DNA of 64,000 nucleotides from an uncultured Chthonomonadaceae bacterium (GTDB lineage: Bacteria > Armatimonadota > Chthonomonadetes > Chthonomonadales > Chthonomonadaceae): positions 800,001-864,000 of the forward strand of contig CAWFQB010000001.1 of the NCBI GenBank assembly GCA_963817895.1, in the 5' to 3' direction. Within the stretch, counting starts at the first letter, position 1. Each line of letters opens with the position of its first letter. A program made the translations under genes and the position numbers. Of the stretch, positions 21,601-33,400 are shown piece by piece. The notes under the pieces are model-generated. The model was not told where the DNA came from. It saw only the letters and a program-made list of their open reading frames with translations, and ran no database searches.

Positions 21601-21897
21601 CCCGCCAACGACTTTCTGCTGACCCGCGCCCTGCGCTTCGAGTACGATCCCGCGCTGGCGATGCCCTACTTCCATAGCACGGACAAAACGCTGACGGGCC
21701 AGCAAAACCGCAACATGCGATTGGGACGCGCCCTGCGCTTCATAAAGCGCACCGTGAGCTTTGGCGGAACCCCCTTTACGTTCCGACAAATGCTGCCGCC
21801 CATGCCGCGCCTGCCGCTCAGTCCCGACCTGATCTATTCCGGCCAGAGCGACCAACTATTAGGTGAAAACCCTTTCGATACGGATTTCTATCAGTAA
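18643..21897 (+). CDS. Giant PilX/GspK-like minor pilin (1084 aa)
   Basis: PG|QTLVVALAVLFILL with no Glu5 (PilX hallmark), ALALAQAGL, IKIESIGR. Confidence 0.75.
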   Translation: MSEQIRQVSASRSSRMRLHRAQPGQTLVVALAVLFILLFVGGAFVVNVARNLANSRRGSDTSGALALAQAGLKYCDEELTGSADGADWRPIPSAPLGGNNPKVANTDPDYFWLEKGFTRLNLKGGRALVRVSYDPDPFNPVGQAIKIESIGRTGELDANDPTVFVQNNTSPRLRRELIAYKRIGITDYLRYMTDKDKGNHTNYLGVPAVGHYFPMVFGNPMLGMSAYTSGVNGNETLYGGPIYCNSNLTIMGDTLFYESSRGVYDAAAAASPDQARVLEGISVANVITANQTSVASPTATRFDNTGNPVTQAYINVDPKTLTAPPSMTTASYGGMITPTLTAGGAPNPNYVSYRGIARDGSADADMSGMPRSVSKLTPPSIDTKLNGTGSLRIRQITQFSGNWTDQNFNTGMHGWGKAIYIDNTSDLQPETMLPGVNGGYSLPADWTNPNAGFAQSAWQGPYYRPPGVLIELLGDRMRITRTDGKSFYASNGTANAQNGGSTMDIPFSDAERAALPTPAGQPPIAPFPHDGDDPVTNGTDPRNSSKFSIDAKSYGVNIVLFAEGNIRVKGVYGSLTDTTNPNSILSRVHLTLVTGGSAYIEGNVVKGDGTVSGPNGAVQLQRNSTCQIIAKDYVCVNTSMFMQPQNQTNVWNRVTPDVDAFATEIGLPRTWYDTTFSNGVFPGSYTSNGMAVQQMLMLRHTALAPGPTAVNMFVNPAADTGVGNSLFQWPFNINNTPTSTTSYPLGTRPDQTANGLVVPDPASVTPYFEQKTFVFDQASSAPTYNVYPGYDNLLRLNVDQTAQAAQTNIAQGPLQSYLLSAIMVAPLDIRIEAGLYAQDKSFFIIPGYSFNPDANDTRVNFGTAGTRASYSPLDTFANANNDRATKDKFPYHNEPLDVRITFQGAIAESYTASVGAQAAWLKQWGYTPAKYGSYNAATPATTEIPDDHLFARSPGVNGTLPNGYVAGDPGNLDFRTPVERQTDATPPANDFLLTRALRFEYDPALAMPYFHSTDKTLTGQQNRNMRLGRALRFIKRTVSFGGTPFTFRQMLPPMPRLPLSPDLIYSGQSDQLLGENPFDTDFYQ

Positions 21898-21903
21898 GAG
21901 GGA

Positions 21904-22016
21904 AGATACGAGATACGAGATACAAGATACGAGGACAAAGCAAGCGCCTCTTGAACCTGCGCAGGCGCTATTCACAATAATGAACGCTTGACTCTGTATC
22001 TCGTATCTCGTATCTC
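21904..22016. repeat. Inverted pair of GATACGA / TCGTATC heptamer arrays
   Basis: agatacgagatacgagatacaagatacgag ... gtatctcgtatctcgtatctc. Confidence 0.88.
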
Positions 22017-22039
22017 CTGATGAAGTGGACACAAGAACA

Positions 22040-25000
22040 ATGAAACGTGAATTCCTGACAATAGGATTGGCCGGTATAACCGGGCTGGCGCTGTGCGGCG
22101 GGCTGCTGACGCTCAACGGCAGGCGCGACCCCGCCCGCGCCGACGCTACCAACTACACCAACCAGAAGCGCACCATTCGCGCCTGTGTTCTGGTGACGGA
22201 AGCCAGCCAGGACGCGAACGGCGGCGGCTCCATCTATCCGAGCAATGTCACGCCCCACGTTTTCTATGCTCTGGACAGCCGCGCGGATTTGAAACCCGGC
22301 AATTTTATTTTTGACAATCCGCTCGCGCCCGAAATCATCACGCAGGACATCTACAACCGATGGCAACAGCGCAGTCAGGCGAACGGCAACAAGGATCGCG
22401 CGTTTACCAATGGAACCTCGGAACAGCAGTTGTTTCAGGTGGGCGCGCCGTGTACCAAAAACATGGGCGCGCACTGGGAAGTGAACCTGAGCAAAGTGAC
22501 CTCGCAGGATTTGCAGCAGTTCGATGTTGTCATGATGCCATTGCACGGGACGCGGGGCAACTGGGCGTTCAGTTTACGCCCGCCGAGCGCGAACGCCTGC
22601 GCCACTATGTGGATCAGGGCGGAACCATCTGGCTTGAAAACGAGGGCGAAGGCAGCAACGCTTTCGGCGCGGGGAACTTCTTCACGCTGCTCAACACGGG
22701 CGGGCAGCCCGGCGCGAACACGCCCATCAGCGTAGCCGCCGCGCACCATCCCCTGCTCAACTATCCCTATTTCATCTCGGCGCAAAACGCTTACGGCCTG
22801 AGCGTCCAGAACGGCATGAACGGCAACCTGTTTGTGGATGCAGGTTCGGCAAGCACACAGAATTCTATCGGCGGCGGCATGCTGGAATTGTCGCAGTTCG
22901 CGGCCCCCATTCTGCGCAAGAACGGGAAAACCACCGTATTCGCGGGCGATTACGGCGCGGGACATGTGCTGGTAACGTCCGCCAACATCGCGGGCGACAT
23001 CAACAACTACATGCTGACCGGCAACCAGTCAGGCACAGCCGGTTCTTCGGTCATCGGCAACAACGACGGAGCCGTGAGCGGCAACAATCTGGAGGGAATT
23101 CCGCCGGTTGACCTGAAATTCGCGTACAACCTGACAAGCTGGATCAGCAGCGTACCCACGCCCGGAAGCAATCAGCGGCGCACGGGCGCGACGCAGGAGA
23201 ACATCGGTTCCAGTCTGGCCGTGAAATGGTCGCCCCTGCCGCTTACCAATCCGGCAAACGTGGGGTCGGGCGCAACCATTTATAAGGGGCTGACCTTCTG
23301 GGTGGACGGCAACAACAACCTTCACGCCTTTGATGTCAACCCGCAGCAGAGCCTGAGCGGAAATGCCAACCCGGACGACGGCATTCCCGACCTGATTTAC
23401 GGCTTTCCCTACGATGAGGTTTGGAACGACAAAGCCAGCCGCATTCTGCCCTCTCCCGGTTCATCGCGCGGCTCGACGCCATCCATAGTAACAGTGACGG
23501 ATCCAACTACGGCTCTCATCAATGAGAACGTGGCAATGCAGGCAACGGACGGCAGCGTATATATAACTTTGTTGGGCAACGGTGGATTAAGCGCTGTGGG
23601 AACCGCGACTGCAAAACGCGATAACGGCGATATGCTGCCCAGTCTTGCGACAACGCCACCCGCTGCGGGCGCTATGCCCGGTTCCAGCGCGGGAGCGCCA
23701 TTCGGCAACCCGTTTCCGAAACCGGTTCCCGCTCCCGCCTATTCCGAGGGCGTTCTGTTCGCGCTGACCTTCAGCAACGCGAAGGGCATGAACGGCGAAC
23801 TTGGCTGGCGGATTGAAGCCATTGACCTGCTGGCAACCGACAAGACGATACAGGCGGGCATGCCCAAAGTCGTCAGCGTGTTCGGCAAATCGGACGGCAG
23901 CGATTCCGCGCCAAGCCCCTCGGTAGGCACGGGCCTGAACGGATTTTTCAACCCGCAGGGCAGTCTGACGGTGGGCGAAGTAAAAGACCCCTCAACGGAC
24001 GCGGTAGACAAAATCGTGTACGTGCCGTGCGCGGCCAATGACAGCGCGCATACGTCGGGCGTGGTGCATGGCGTGTGGTACAGCACCCGCGCCGAGCGCC
24101 TGCGCACGCTTGGAATGACGAAACAACCCGGAATGTTCCCGGCAGGCAGAACGTTTTTGCCAAGCGGACAGCGCAGCCGCGTCCCCTGGTTTGTAAACGG
24201 AACGCCGGCAAGCATCAATCTTAATCCGGTTGTCAATGTTGTCGCCTACGATGTTAATTCCGGCGTCGTGACCGGCATACGAACGCTGGCCTACGGAACG
24301 GATTTTACCGTCGTTTACGCCTCGGACGGCGAGTACACGCTGACCGATCCGAACGACCCGACTTCCATACCCATTTACAGCGACCCGGCCCCGCCCCTCG
24401 CGCGCAGCCATGTCGTTCTCACTAATATCACTCCCGCTTCAAATGAGGTGGTGTATGTGGATTATACGGTGGACTGGCCCGGAGTCGGCAATCAACGCCA
24501 ATACGCCCCACAGATAGGATATGGGCTTCGATTGCTACCGCGCGACACTACCAGACATTGCCCGCAAGCACCATGAACACCATGACGCCGGAGTTTTCCG
24601 GCGGCGTGGCCCTGAGCGGCGACGACAATCTGCTGATGGCCGAAACCAACCTGCGCGTGTCGGCAAACTCGACACGCCCCTGCCGGATCGTCTGATGAGT
24701 GTGCGCGACTCGTTTATCGGCACGGACAGCGCGACTGTGCCAGGAAACAACCTGCTGGGCCGCGCAGGTCCTATCGGCAGGCGGCGACGCCCCGGCCCGT
24801 ATACCAACTGGATGTTCTCGCCCAACGAAAACGTCACGCTCGACAACACCTATGCGAACGGCGCGTTTAGCGGCTACCAACTGCGCCCGCGCCTGCTTTA
24901 TACAGACCCGGTCAACAAAGCGCAGACGCCTATCTACAACTTCAAAACGATCGGGGCGCCGGTGTCCTCCAATGGCACAGTTTACGTGTTGGGAATTGGC

Positions 25001-27279
25001 TACAATGCGCCGCAATACGGCGGGCAGCAACGCCGGGCCCGCTTATACCGTAATGCTGGCCCTGCGCGAAAACGTGGATGCCACTATCGACATCGGCCCG
25101 ATCGCGGAAACGGGAACCGTCTCAACTGACTCAGCCCAGTTTCATCAATCCCGACCAAATGATCACGCTGAACCAGGACACGGATACCGCTGAAGCGGAA
25201 TTCTCTGCTGGAACGGGTGCAGGACCCGTCAACGGCGGCTTCAAAGGTGTCGCGCATATCCATAACTTCCAGCCGCGCTTCGGGTTCGAGGGACAGCTTC
25301 AACCTTGCGCTGCCCATCTGGGTGCAGGCGTCACAGGCCGCGAACCAGCCGGCTGTCGGCGGCGTTCCCCGAGTCAATCCGGTTACGGGCTAGGGCATTC
25401 TGGACAACCTTCAGTATTATGTCGTGATGCCCACGACAGGGAATGCCGCGCAGCCCGACCGTGCCGCCGGTGATTGCCACCAGCGGGCCATCCGTTTCGG
25501 GCAATACGCTGTATTTCGCCGCCGATGAGACGAACCGTGGCGCGGGGGGTACGGCTATCAGCGGCGTGGTAACAATAGACCTGACGCGCGCCGTCAACTC
25601 GCAAAGCGGCAGTCCGGTAGACTACAATGGGTTCCATTGTAGCCATCACGCCCTCGCTGACCGACGTAACGACGGGCGGGCCGCTGGCGACAACCTATCC
25701 GAGCATCCATCCGCCGCTTGGCACGACCAATGTGCTGATCGCCACGAACGGGCAGAGCCTGACGGGTATGGACAACGGCCTTATTCTGATTGCCGATAGC
25801 CACCGATTGCTGGAAGTGGACGCGGGCGGAAACGCCTACTGGTCTATGGAGGCCACGCGAAGCCATGTGCTTGTCGGCAACAATAACCTTTTGGATGGCG
25901 GCCTCGCCTCCACGCCCATTCCTCTGTCGCGTCCCGCAACCGCGCGGCGCTTTCAAATCAACGACTTTCTGGCGGTGGATACGGGCAACAATCGCATCGT
26001 CGGCGTGGACAGGGGCAGTACCACGCGCTTTGAAATCAGCGGCTTTCAGGACGGCATGAAGTTCCTGCGCCCCGGCGATTCGCTGAACCTGAACCAGCCG
26101 ACCGATACGGAAACCTTCCCCGAAACGTTTAGCGCGGGGTACAGCGTGACCAATCGCGATACGGGCGTTTCGTACTCGGTCAATGGCGCGGGGACGGCCT
26201 ACCACTATCTGATCGCAGACAGCGGCAACTACCGGATTCTGGATTTGATAGACGTGTACGACGCCAACGGGCGGCTTGTGAACCTGACGGCAAGCGACGG
26301 CAGCGGAAATATATCGGGCGAAAAAGTTCTCGCCTTCGTTTCTCGCTCGCTCGGGGAACAAAATCAGCGCTATCGCTATCGAACAGTACAGCAGTTCCGA
26401 TATAACAACGTGGACTACATCATTGCCACTGTCGCCAACGCGCGGCAGCCGGATACGGGCGGCGTGGGGGTTGTGGGCAGCGACTCCAGCAACTTCGAGG
26501 GACCGGGCGGTTCGCTGATGGTGATACAGCGCTCGGCAAGCGGCCCAAATCCGAATGGAGCAGGTCCCAATCTGGCGGCGGGCGACGTGTACAACGTCAT
26601 CAACAGCTTCCGGGTGGCGGACGCGGCGGGCAACTTCACGCAGCGGCAGAAGGTCAGCAACCCGACGTGGTTCAAAGAGTTCAGCGTGGCCGACACCACG
26701 CAGGGGATTGGCGCCAATCCGCAGCAGGTTCCGCGCTTCCTGCTTTCCGACGCCAATGGCTGCTACATTCTGCGCTACGACAATACGCTGAAAGACTACG
26801 TGACCGACTGGAAACTGACCGCCACCGAATACTACTACATGACCGGGCGCAAATTGCAGGCGGCGTCCATTGTGCGGGAAACGCTTGCCGACTACTCGCA
26901 GTTCCGCAACAAATTCGAGGCCCGTCTGCTGATTACCAACAGTTACAGCGGCACAGACAATATGCCCACCGTCTTCGGGACGGGATGGGCGCAGGGCGTG
27001 GTACAGGGCGAAGTATTCGAGATCAACGCCGCGCTGTACTACCCGATGAACGGCAAGGCCAACTACGGCTACGCCTTCAACCAGTATCAGCGTTACGGCG
27101 TGAATGCCGGAAACCCGATTATCAACACCATCGGCCCTATCACGCGCATGATCCCCAATGAAAGCGCCGTGAAAACAGGCGGCGGCCAATACGTTATCAA
27201 ACGCAGCATCGGCTCACCGGACAACGGACTTTCCACCTTCATTCTGGAACAGCCGCAGTACGCTGAGAAACCGCTTTAG
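22040..27279 (+). CDS. Large secreted protein (~1700 aa if joined): DUF4159-like domain, then beta-propeller/NHL-like repeats; several frameshifts
   Basis: N-terminal hydrophobic signal; FTPAERERLRHYVDQGGTIWLE; LAVDTGNNRIV and LIADSGNYRI repeats; overlapping same-strand ORF pieces at 22025, 22360, 24521, 25078, 25443 and 25627. Confidence 0.6.
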
Positions 27280-27288
27280 AATAAGGAA

Positions 27289-27420
27289 GGGAGTAGGGAG
27301 TAGGGAGTAGGGAGTAGGAAAAACTTGGCGCTGTTTGGTGGCATACTTGCATGATAACAATCGGCAACTCTGCCTGCACAGCGAGTCTTTCCTACTCCCT
27401 ACTCCCTACTCCCTACTCCC
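27289..27420. repeat. Inverted pair of GGGAGTA / TACTCCC heptamer arrays
   Basis: gggagtagggagtagggagtagggagtagg ... cctactccctactccctactccctactccc. Confidence 0.9.
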
Positions 27421-27442
27421 TCACGTAAAGAGGATATACCCC

Positions 27443-30400
27443 ATGAGGCACCACAGTGCGCTCGTTAAACAATTCTTGATGAGTACGGCGGCGGCCCTGC
27501 TGCTGACGCTGGGCGCGCGTCCGAGCGGCGCGCAGGTTATATTCGATGACCTCGACTGGACAACAGATCGGGGTAACATCATTTTTGCGCCCACAGGCAG
27601 CAACCTGAACGCTTTCCCGCTGCGGCCCGGACGCAATGGCGTCACGGGCAATCCGCTCGACGCTAATTTTCAAAAATTGGACAGCAAGCGGGCTGTGCGG
27701 CGATGGGTGTGGCCGGCCACTGTAGACCTTTTCGGCAACACGGCCAATCCCGTTCCCACGACCACTACCGTCAGCGTGATTGTGGACAACCCGTATTTCG
27801 ATAACGTCACCGGCCTGTACCTGATTAAAGGCGATGATAACCGCTTTACGGACAGCCAGCAGTTTTACAATCCCGCCCCGCCCGCGCCCGCCGTTCGTGA
27901 CGCCTCTATGGACTCGTTGAGCGTGTGGACGCCCGGTAACGGCTTTGTGATTCCCGACCCGTTGGATCGCACGATTTACGGGGGCTTCAGTTTCTTCTTC
28001 ACGCCCCGTGAAACCACCGGCCCGCCGTTTGACAACTCCTACCCGCCCCTTGCGGCGCAGAACGATTACGGCTACACCTACGCCCACCACAACGGTTTCA
28101 TTGTAAACCGGGGAACTGCCGGAAGCGGTCCGGCGACGGACGCGGAACTGGCACTCCTTCCCAACGCCGCGCCCAACGTGTACGCGGCGGTGCAGAGTGT
28201 GCTTGTCAACCCGGCGCAAAGCCAGCCCGTCGCGCAGTGGTCTGTGGGCGCGACGCTCAATACCAATGTGGGTAACGGGAACGTTCCCCCCGGCACGTAC
28301 AATATCAGCCTGTATTCGCCGGGTGGCGGCACGACCATTCATCACAACGCCACAACCGCCATCCAGCATCCGAATGTGAAGCGCGCTCTTGTGCGCGTGT
28401 CGTGGGGCGCCAACACTACAGTCAACGGCGTGATTCAGGCGGGGCCGGGAACTGCCAATGGCGGCGGCGTCAACGATCCCGTCACAAGCCGCATTTTCCT
28501 GATGGATTTGACCGCTCCCGGCTGGCTGCCCGTCGGACAAAACGGCGAAACCGCCGTATTCCCCTACGATGGCAACAAGAATGACCAGCTTGTCGTGACC
28601 ATGTACAGCGTCACGCCCGATGATCCCAACGACCCGTTAAAGTATGGCACTCCGACCAACGGCTTTCCGCCCACCGCGCTTGTCACCGCCGACGCCTGCC
28701 GCTTTACGCAGGAGAACGTAGACGTTCCGGGCGGGCCGGGACTTGGCCCCCTGCCCGATCCGGCGGCAAGTTTCATCTCCACATCCGGCGTGATCGTCAG
28801 CCCGGTTGTCGGCTCCAATAAATTCTCGCCCAAGGGTGTACCCGGAGCCACGCAGTGGTATGTCGCCCGCCAGGAACTCACGCGGGACGTGACGCCGCGC
28901 ACGTATGTAGACCCGACTGATATCAATAGCCTGCCGATTCCCGACCCCACGCGGGTTGCCAACGTCCCGGTCTTCTATTGCCTGAGCAATGAGGATCAAT
29001 TGGGCAACATTCTGGATCAGAATTCTGCCCGAGCGTCCAAACTGCGCGTGTTGTGGCGCTATGTCGGTTTCCCCGATTACGGCAGTTCTACAGTGTTCGC
29101 CTCGCCCGTCCTTGCCAATGTGCGCGGACGCGACGGCAACTACCATACTATAGTGTATTTCTGTGGAACCAACGACGGCGCCCAGGCGGGAATCGTCGGG
29201 CGCATCTACGCGCTGGACGCGAAAGGGATTGCGCTGGACCCGACGACGGGCGTTCCCACGACCGCCAGCACAATGGCCTACTGGACCTATCCTTCGGCGC
29301 GTCCGCTGTCTGCCGGGGAAGCCACTGCCGGCCTGGTTCCGGCGGAATACGAAGACCCCAACTACAATGGTTCACCCACGACCTCCTCGATGGTATACCC
29401 GACGGACAACGCGCCCTATCTGATGCCCGGCCACTGGTGGGCGGCGGATCAAATGCTGTTTAACAACGCCGGGCAAAAATATTATGATGGCGACATCGTT
29501 CCCGATACAATTAATCCGAATCCGGGGCATCTGATTACGCGTACCGACACGCGCATTGGAACGAATGGCGTGGGCATGGGTGGCATAACCGGCGCTCCCA
29601 TCGTGATTGATGACCCGGTAAATCCGTCAGGCCCGATGATTCTGGTCGTGCCAAGCGTGGATGGGCATCTGTATACCTTTGACGCGGGCGGGCGAGGCGA
29701 CTATCTACAGGCCGATGGAACCACCTACGTGGCGGGAACCACGCAGCGCATCTGGACATGGCCGCACTTCAGCGCGGACGCTTACCACCATTTTTTCCTG
29801 GGAACCAGCAGCCTGAACCCGGTCAACAAGTTCCAGTCCGAAGACGGCAAAGGCTCCATGCCCTACGCCCCCGCGTATGACCCGACCTTCCCGGTCGCGT
29901 CCAGCGTAGGCGCGGTGCATAATCCCATCGTGGTGAGCGCGGCGGATGGGCATGTGTACGGCATTCAGCCGTTCCATGACATCCTTACCAACGTCAACAG
30001 CAACGGCATCGCGTCCTGGAACGAGCGGCGTTTCTGGGTGTATCCGCATGAGGGAACGGGGCTGAAGGATGCTTCCGCCGAACCCCTGCTGGACGCGCCG
30101 AGCGTTCCGACCATTCACCGGACAAGCCCGACTTCTGCGACGGCTACCATCAATTTCACGAGCAGCGGGCGCATCTACAGCCTGAACTTCCCGACGGTCT
30201 ACCCGGCATCCGGCTTCAGTACGCCCACGCTGCGGTGGGTATTCCCCAACACGCCTAACCCGCCGTTTCAGGACCCGACCGATCCGACAACCTCGGAATA
30301 CCAGCAGGGTTTCAGCGCGCACGGTCTGGTTGTCGTGCCGCAAAGCGTGACAGCAAGCGCGGCGCAGCCGCTTCCCTTCGATATGGTGTACGCCCTGTTG

Positions 30401-33400
30401 TCTACGGGCAGCGTGGTGGCGGTCAACTACAACACGGGCGCATTCTATGCCGCCGGACAATCCCTTACCGGTTCCACCTCGGAAAGCGCGCCGATTATCG
30501 CGGAAATCGCGCCCGATCCGACCTTCTACTCGCCGGCGCGAAGCATAACAGGCGTGGCGGCAAGCGTGCCTACCATCATCTTCGGCGATGATAGCGGTGG
30601 CATGTACGGTTTCAAACTGGTGGCGGAACCCAATAACGATGGGTTCGGCACGGTGATTCTGCCCATCATCTATGCGCGGCGGGATACCAGCGGGGAACTG
30701 AACGCGCCGCCCGCGCTCGCCTCCTCGAACATTCAGGCGGGAACCATCGGCGGCTACTACGTTGTCGGCGATACCAACGGCCAGCTTCGCGCCTATAGTT
30801 TCGGCTTCGGGGCAAACGGCGACGTGGAGAGCGTGCCTGGTTCCGAAGGCAGCGGCAACGGCTTTGTGGCTGGCGATGTTGCCATTGACGTGCGCGTTCT
30901 GGACGCTTATCGCCAGACCGATTTCAACAACATGGCGCAGAATCCGCCTGTGGCTTATGGCACGGGCGCAACCTCGGCGCGCACTGTAGCGGGAGCAAAT
31001 TTCTCGCGCACTGTAGCGAGGATTGCTAACAACCTGAATGATGGCGGCAACTCGTACTTCGCGCTGGATGAGGGCGGCACGCTGTACCTCGTCGCGTCGG
31101 GCGTGTACCACGCGCAGCCGGTGGTGGATACCATTCCCAACGGCGCGATGAAAGCCGCCACCGCCGCGCCAATCATCCGGGTAACGTTTACGGTGGCGCA
31201 AAACGGCGGGCCTTCAGTCAACTACCCGATGACGGTTCCTGTGCCGCAGCTTCCCGGCACTTCAAATCTGGACACGGAAGCGAACCCACCCTGGCCGCAT
31301 AAATTCCGCTGGCCGGATGACCGCGCTCTGACCATTGCCGAACACGATGGCCTGGTTATTTACGGCAACGACTACAGCGACCCGGCCAATCCGCCGGACC
31401 CCAACGCCAACCCGCCGTCAGGCGCGAAACCATTGATGGGAAGGGCGCAGAACGTGTATCCCTGGATCGCTAAAATGGCGATCCCGCTCCTGCCCACCAC
31501 TTCCAACGGCAGAAGCACGTTCACGCCCAACACCACCGGCTACATGGTGACGGTCAACGCGATGATTACGCAGCAGCTGACAACCAAAACCAACATGGGA
31601 ACCGCGTCCACAAATCCCGCTACCGACTCGGCCTACCTGACGATGGGACAGCGCGCGGATAAGGGCAAATCCAACAGCCCGTACCCGCCCGATCCGAACG
31701 ACCAGAGCAAAAACAATTACCAGAGTCCGCAGCGGCTGCTGTACATCACCAACCCGCTGTCGCTCACCCTGCGCGGTTTCAATACCACTGACATGACGGG
31801 ACTGACGACTCAGAAAAACATCATTGGCTGGTACGGGGCGATTGACAATCCGAACAATCCGGGCGGGCCGGTAAAAGGGCTGGAACTGACCGGCAACGGC
31901 GCGTTTGTCGGCATCGGCGGCGCTACGCCGGGACAGCCGGGAATGGGCGTCACCAAGCCGATGTTCGCGCCCTTCGATCTCACGCAGGACAACAGTTCGG
32001 CGACATATCAGGGTATCAACAACGGACAACGCGTACCCGCGTTCTTCATTCAGGATCGCAGCGCGCTGGCCCACAGCTACGGCCCGATACAAATCCGCGC
32101 TCATGCCACGCCCCTGCACTGGAACGGAACGGATTCTTCGGTTATGAATCCCCTCCCGTTCGACGCCATGCCGGATGATCCGAGCGGGCAGCGCGCGGAC
32201 TATCCCGACCTGGACCCGCGCTACGCCAGAATCATCGTCAACAATGACAAGGACGCCCTGCGCGGACTGGCGACCCTGCTCCCGCCCAAAGACAGCGCCA
32301 CCAATCCAAACGACCTGTCGCAGCGGACGCCGCAGCCGACACCGATAATGATGTCCATGCAGATTCCCAAATACTTTCCGGGGAATGTGAACCGGGGACA
32401 GGTGCGGTATAACTACCGGGGCGCGAACATTGACATCGGAGGCACGTACACCGACCAGGCCGGATTCATTCGCGGCGTCCTCAAAGGCACGGGTGGCCCC
32501 GCCTATAACGACGAAAACCCGATTGTCGGGCCGTTGAACAATAACACCGGTTCTGCGGATGCCCTTTCTAATCCTAATGGACTGGTCGGCAGTTCCCCGG
32601 CAGGCGGATACATGGGCAATATCGAGGTGGAACTGGTTCCGCCCGGGGGCGGTTCCGCCAATGGCATCGCGCCAATACGCCGCGCAACCTTCAATCAGGC
32701 GGCGGGCATCACGGTCACGCGCCGGGGCAACACGGACGCCGCCGCGTATCGCAAGTTCGATACGGGCATCTGCGTCGCGCCCACCTTCCGCATGAAGGTG
32801 CTGGAAAGCGCGCTGGACATGGGCAGCCAACCGCACGGCACGGGCTACAGCGACCTGGTCAGCAATACCACAGGCTATCCGGGAGCCGCGCAGTATCGGT
32901 ATCCGTTCGCGCCCTCCGGGACCGGCCCGTATGCCGGCGGCCTGTCGCCCTGGGACATTAATGATCAGTTCTCCAGCCTGGCACTGAGCGCGGGCTTCCC
33001 GTCGCAGGGGCGTTTCTTCCGGCCCATGACGCTGATCAGCGACAGCAATGTCAACCTGGTCAACCTGCGCGTCGCCAAACTGCTGGGGATTCCGAGCGCG
33101 GACACAAGCGCGACGCCGAATATGTCCGGGGTTATCAACAACGGGTCGCTGTCGCAAAACCCGCTTCCGGGCATTGCGCGGGCGGCGCGACTGGTGAGCG
33201 ATCAGGTGAACAACCTGCTGTCGCCGCCCATGATCGCCGCGCCGTTCGGGATGCTTCCCTCCGGGGGGGCCACACCCAACTATCCTGGGCAACATCGGCA
33301 TCGTGTCGTCCTTCGACCATGACAGTTTCGCGCAAAGCATACTTGGCGAAAACAACCTGTATCCCATCGCAAATCCTGCCGTTGACGGGGTAGCGGCGGC

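Noticed and set aside
27335..27442. Upstream extension of the giant ORF (LLPTPYSLLP)
   Set aside because: It is translation of the TACTCCC repeat arm. The ATG at 27443 has an RBS and is followed by a signal peptide.
31418..33367. Long antisense ORFs (e.g. 31418..33367, 19159..20742, 25594..27189, 42220..43872, 2532..3824)
   Set aside because: They are shadows of GC-rich sense genes and carry no recognisable motifs.
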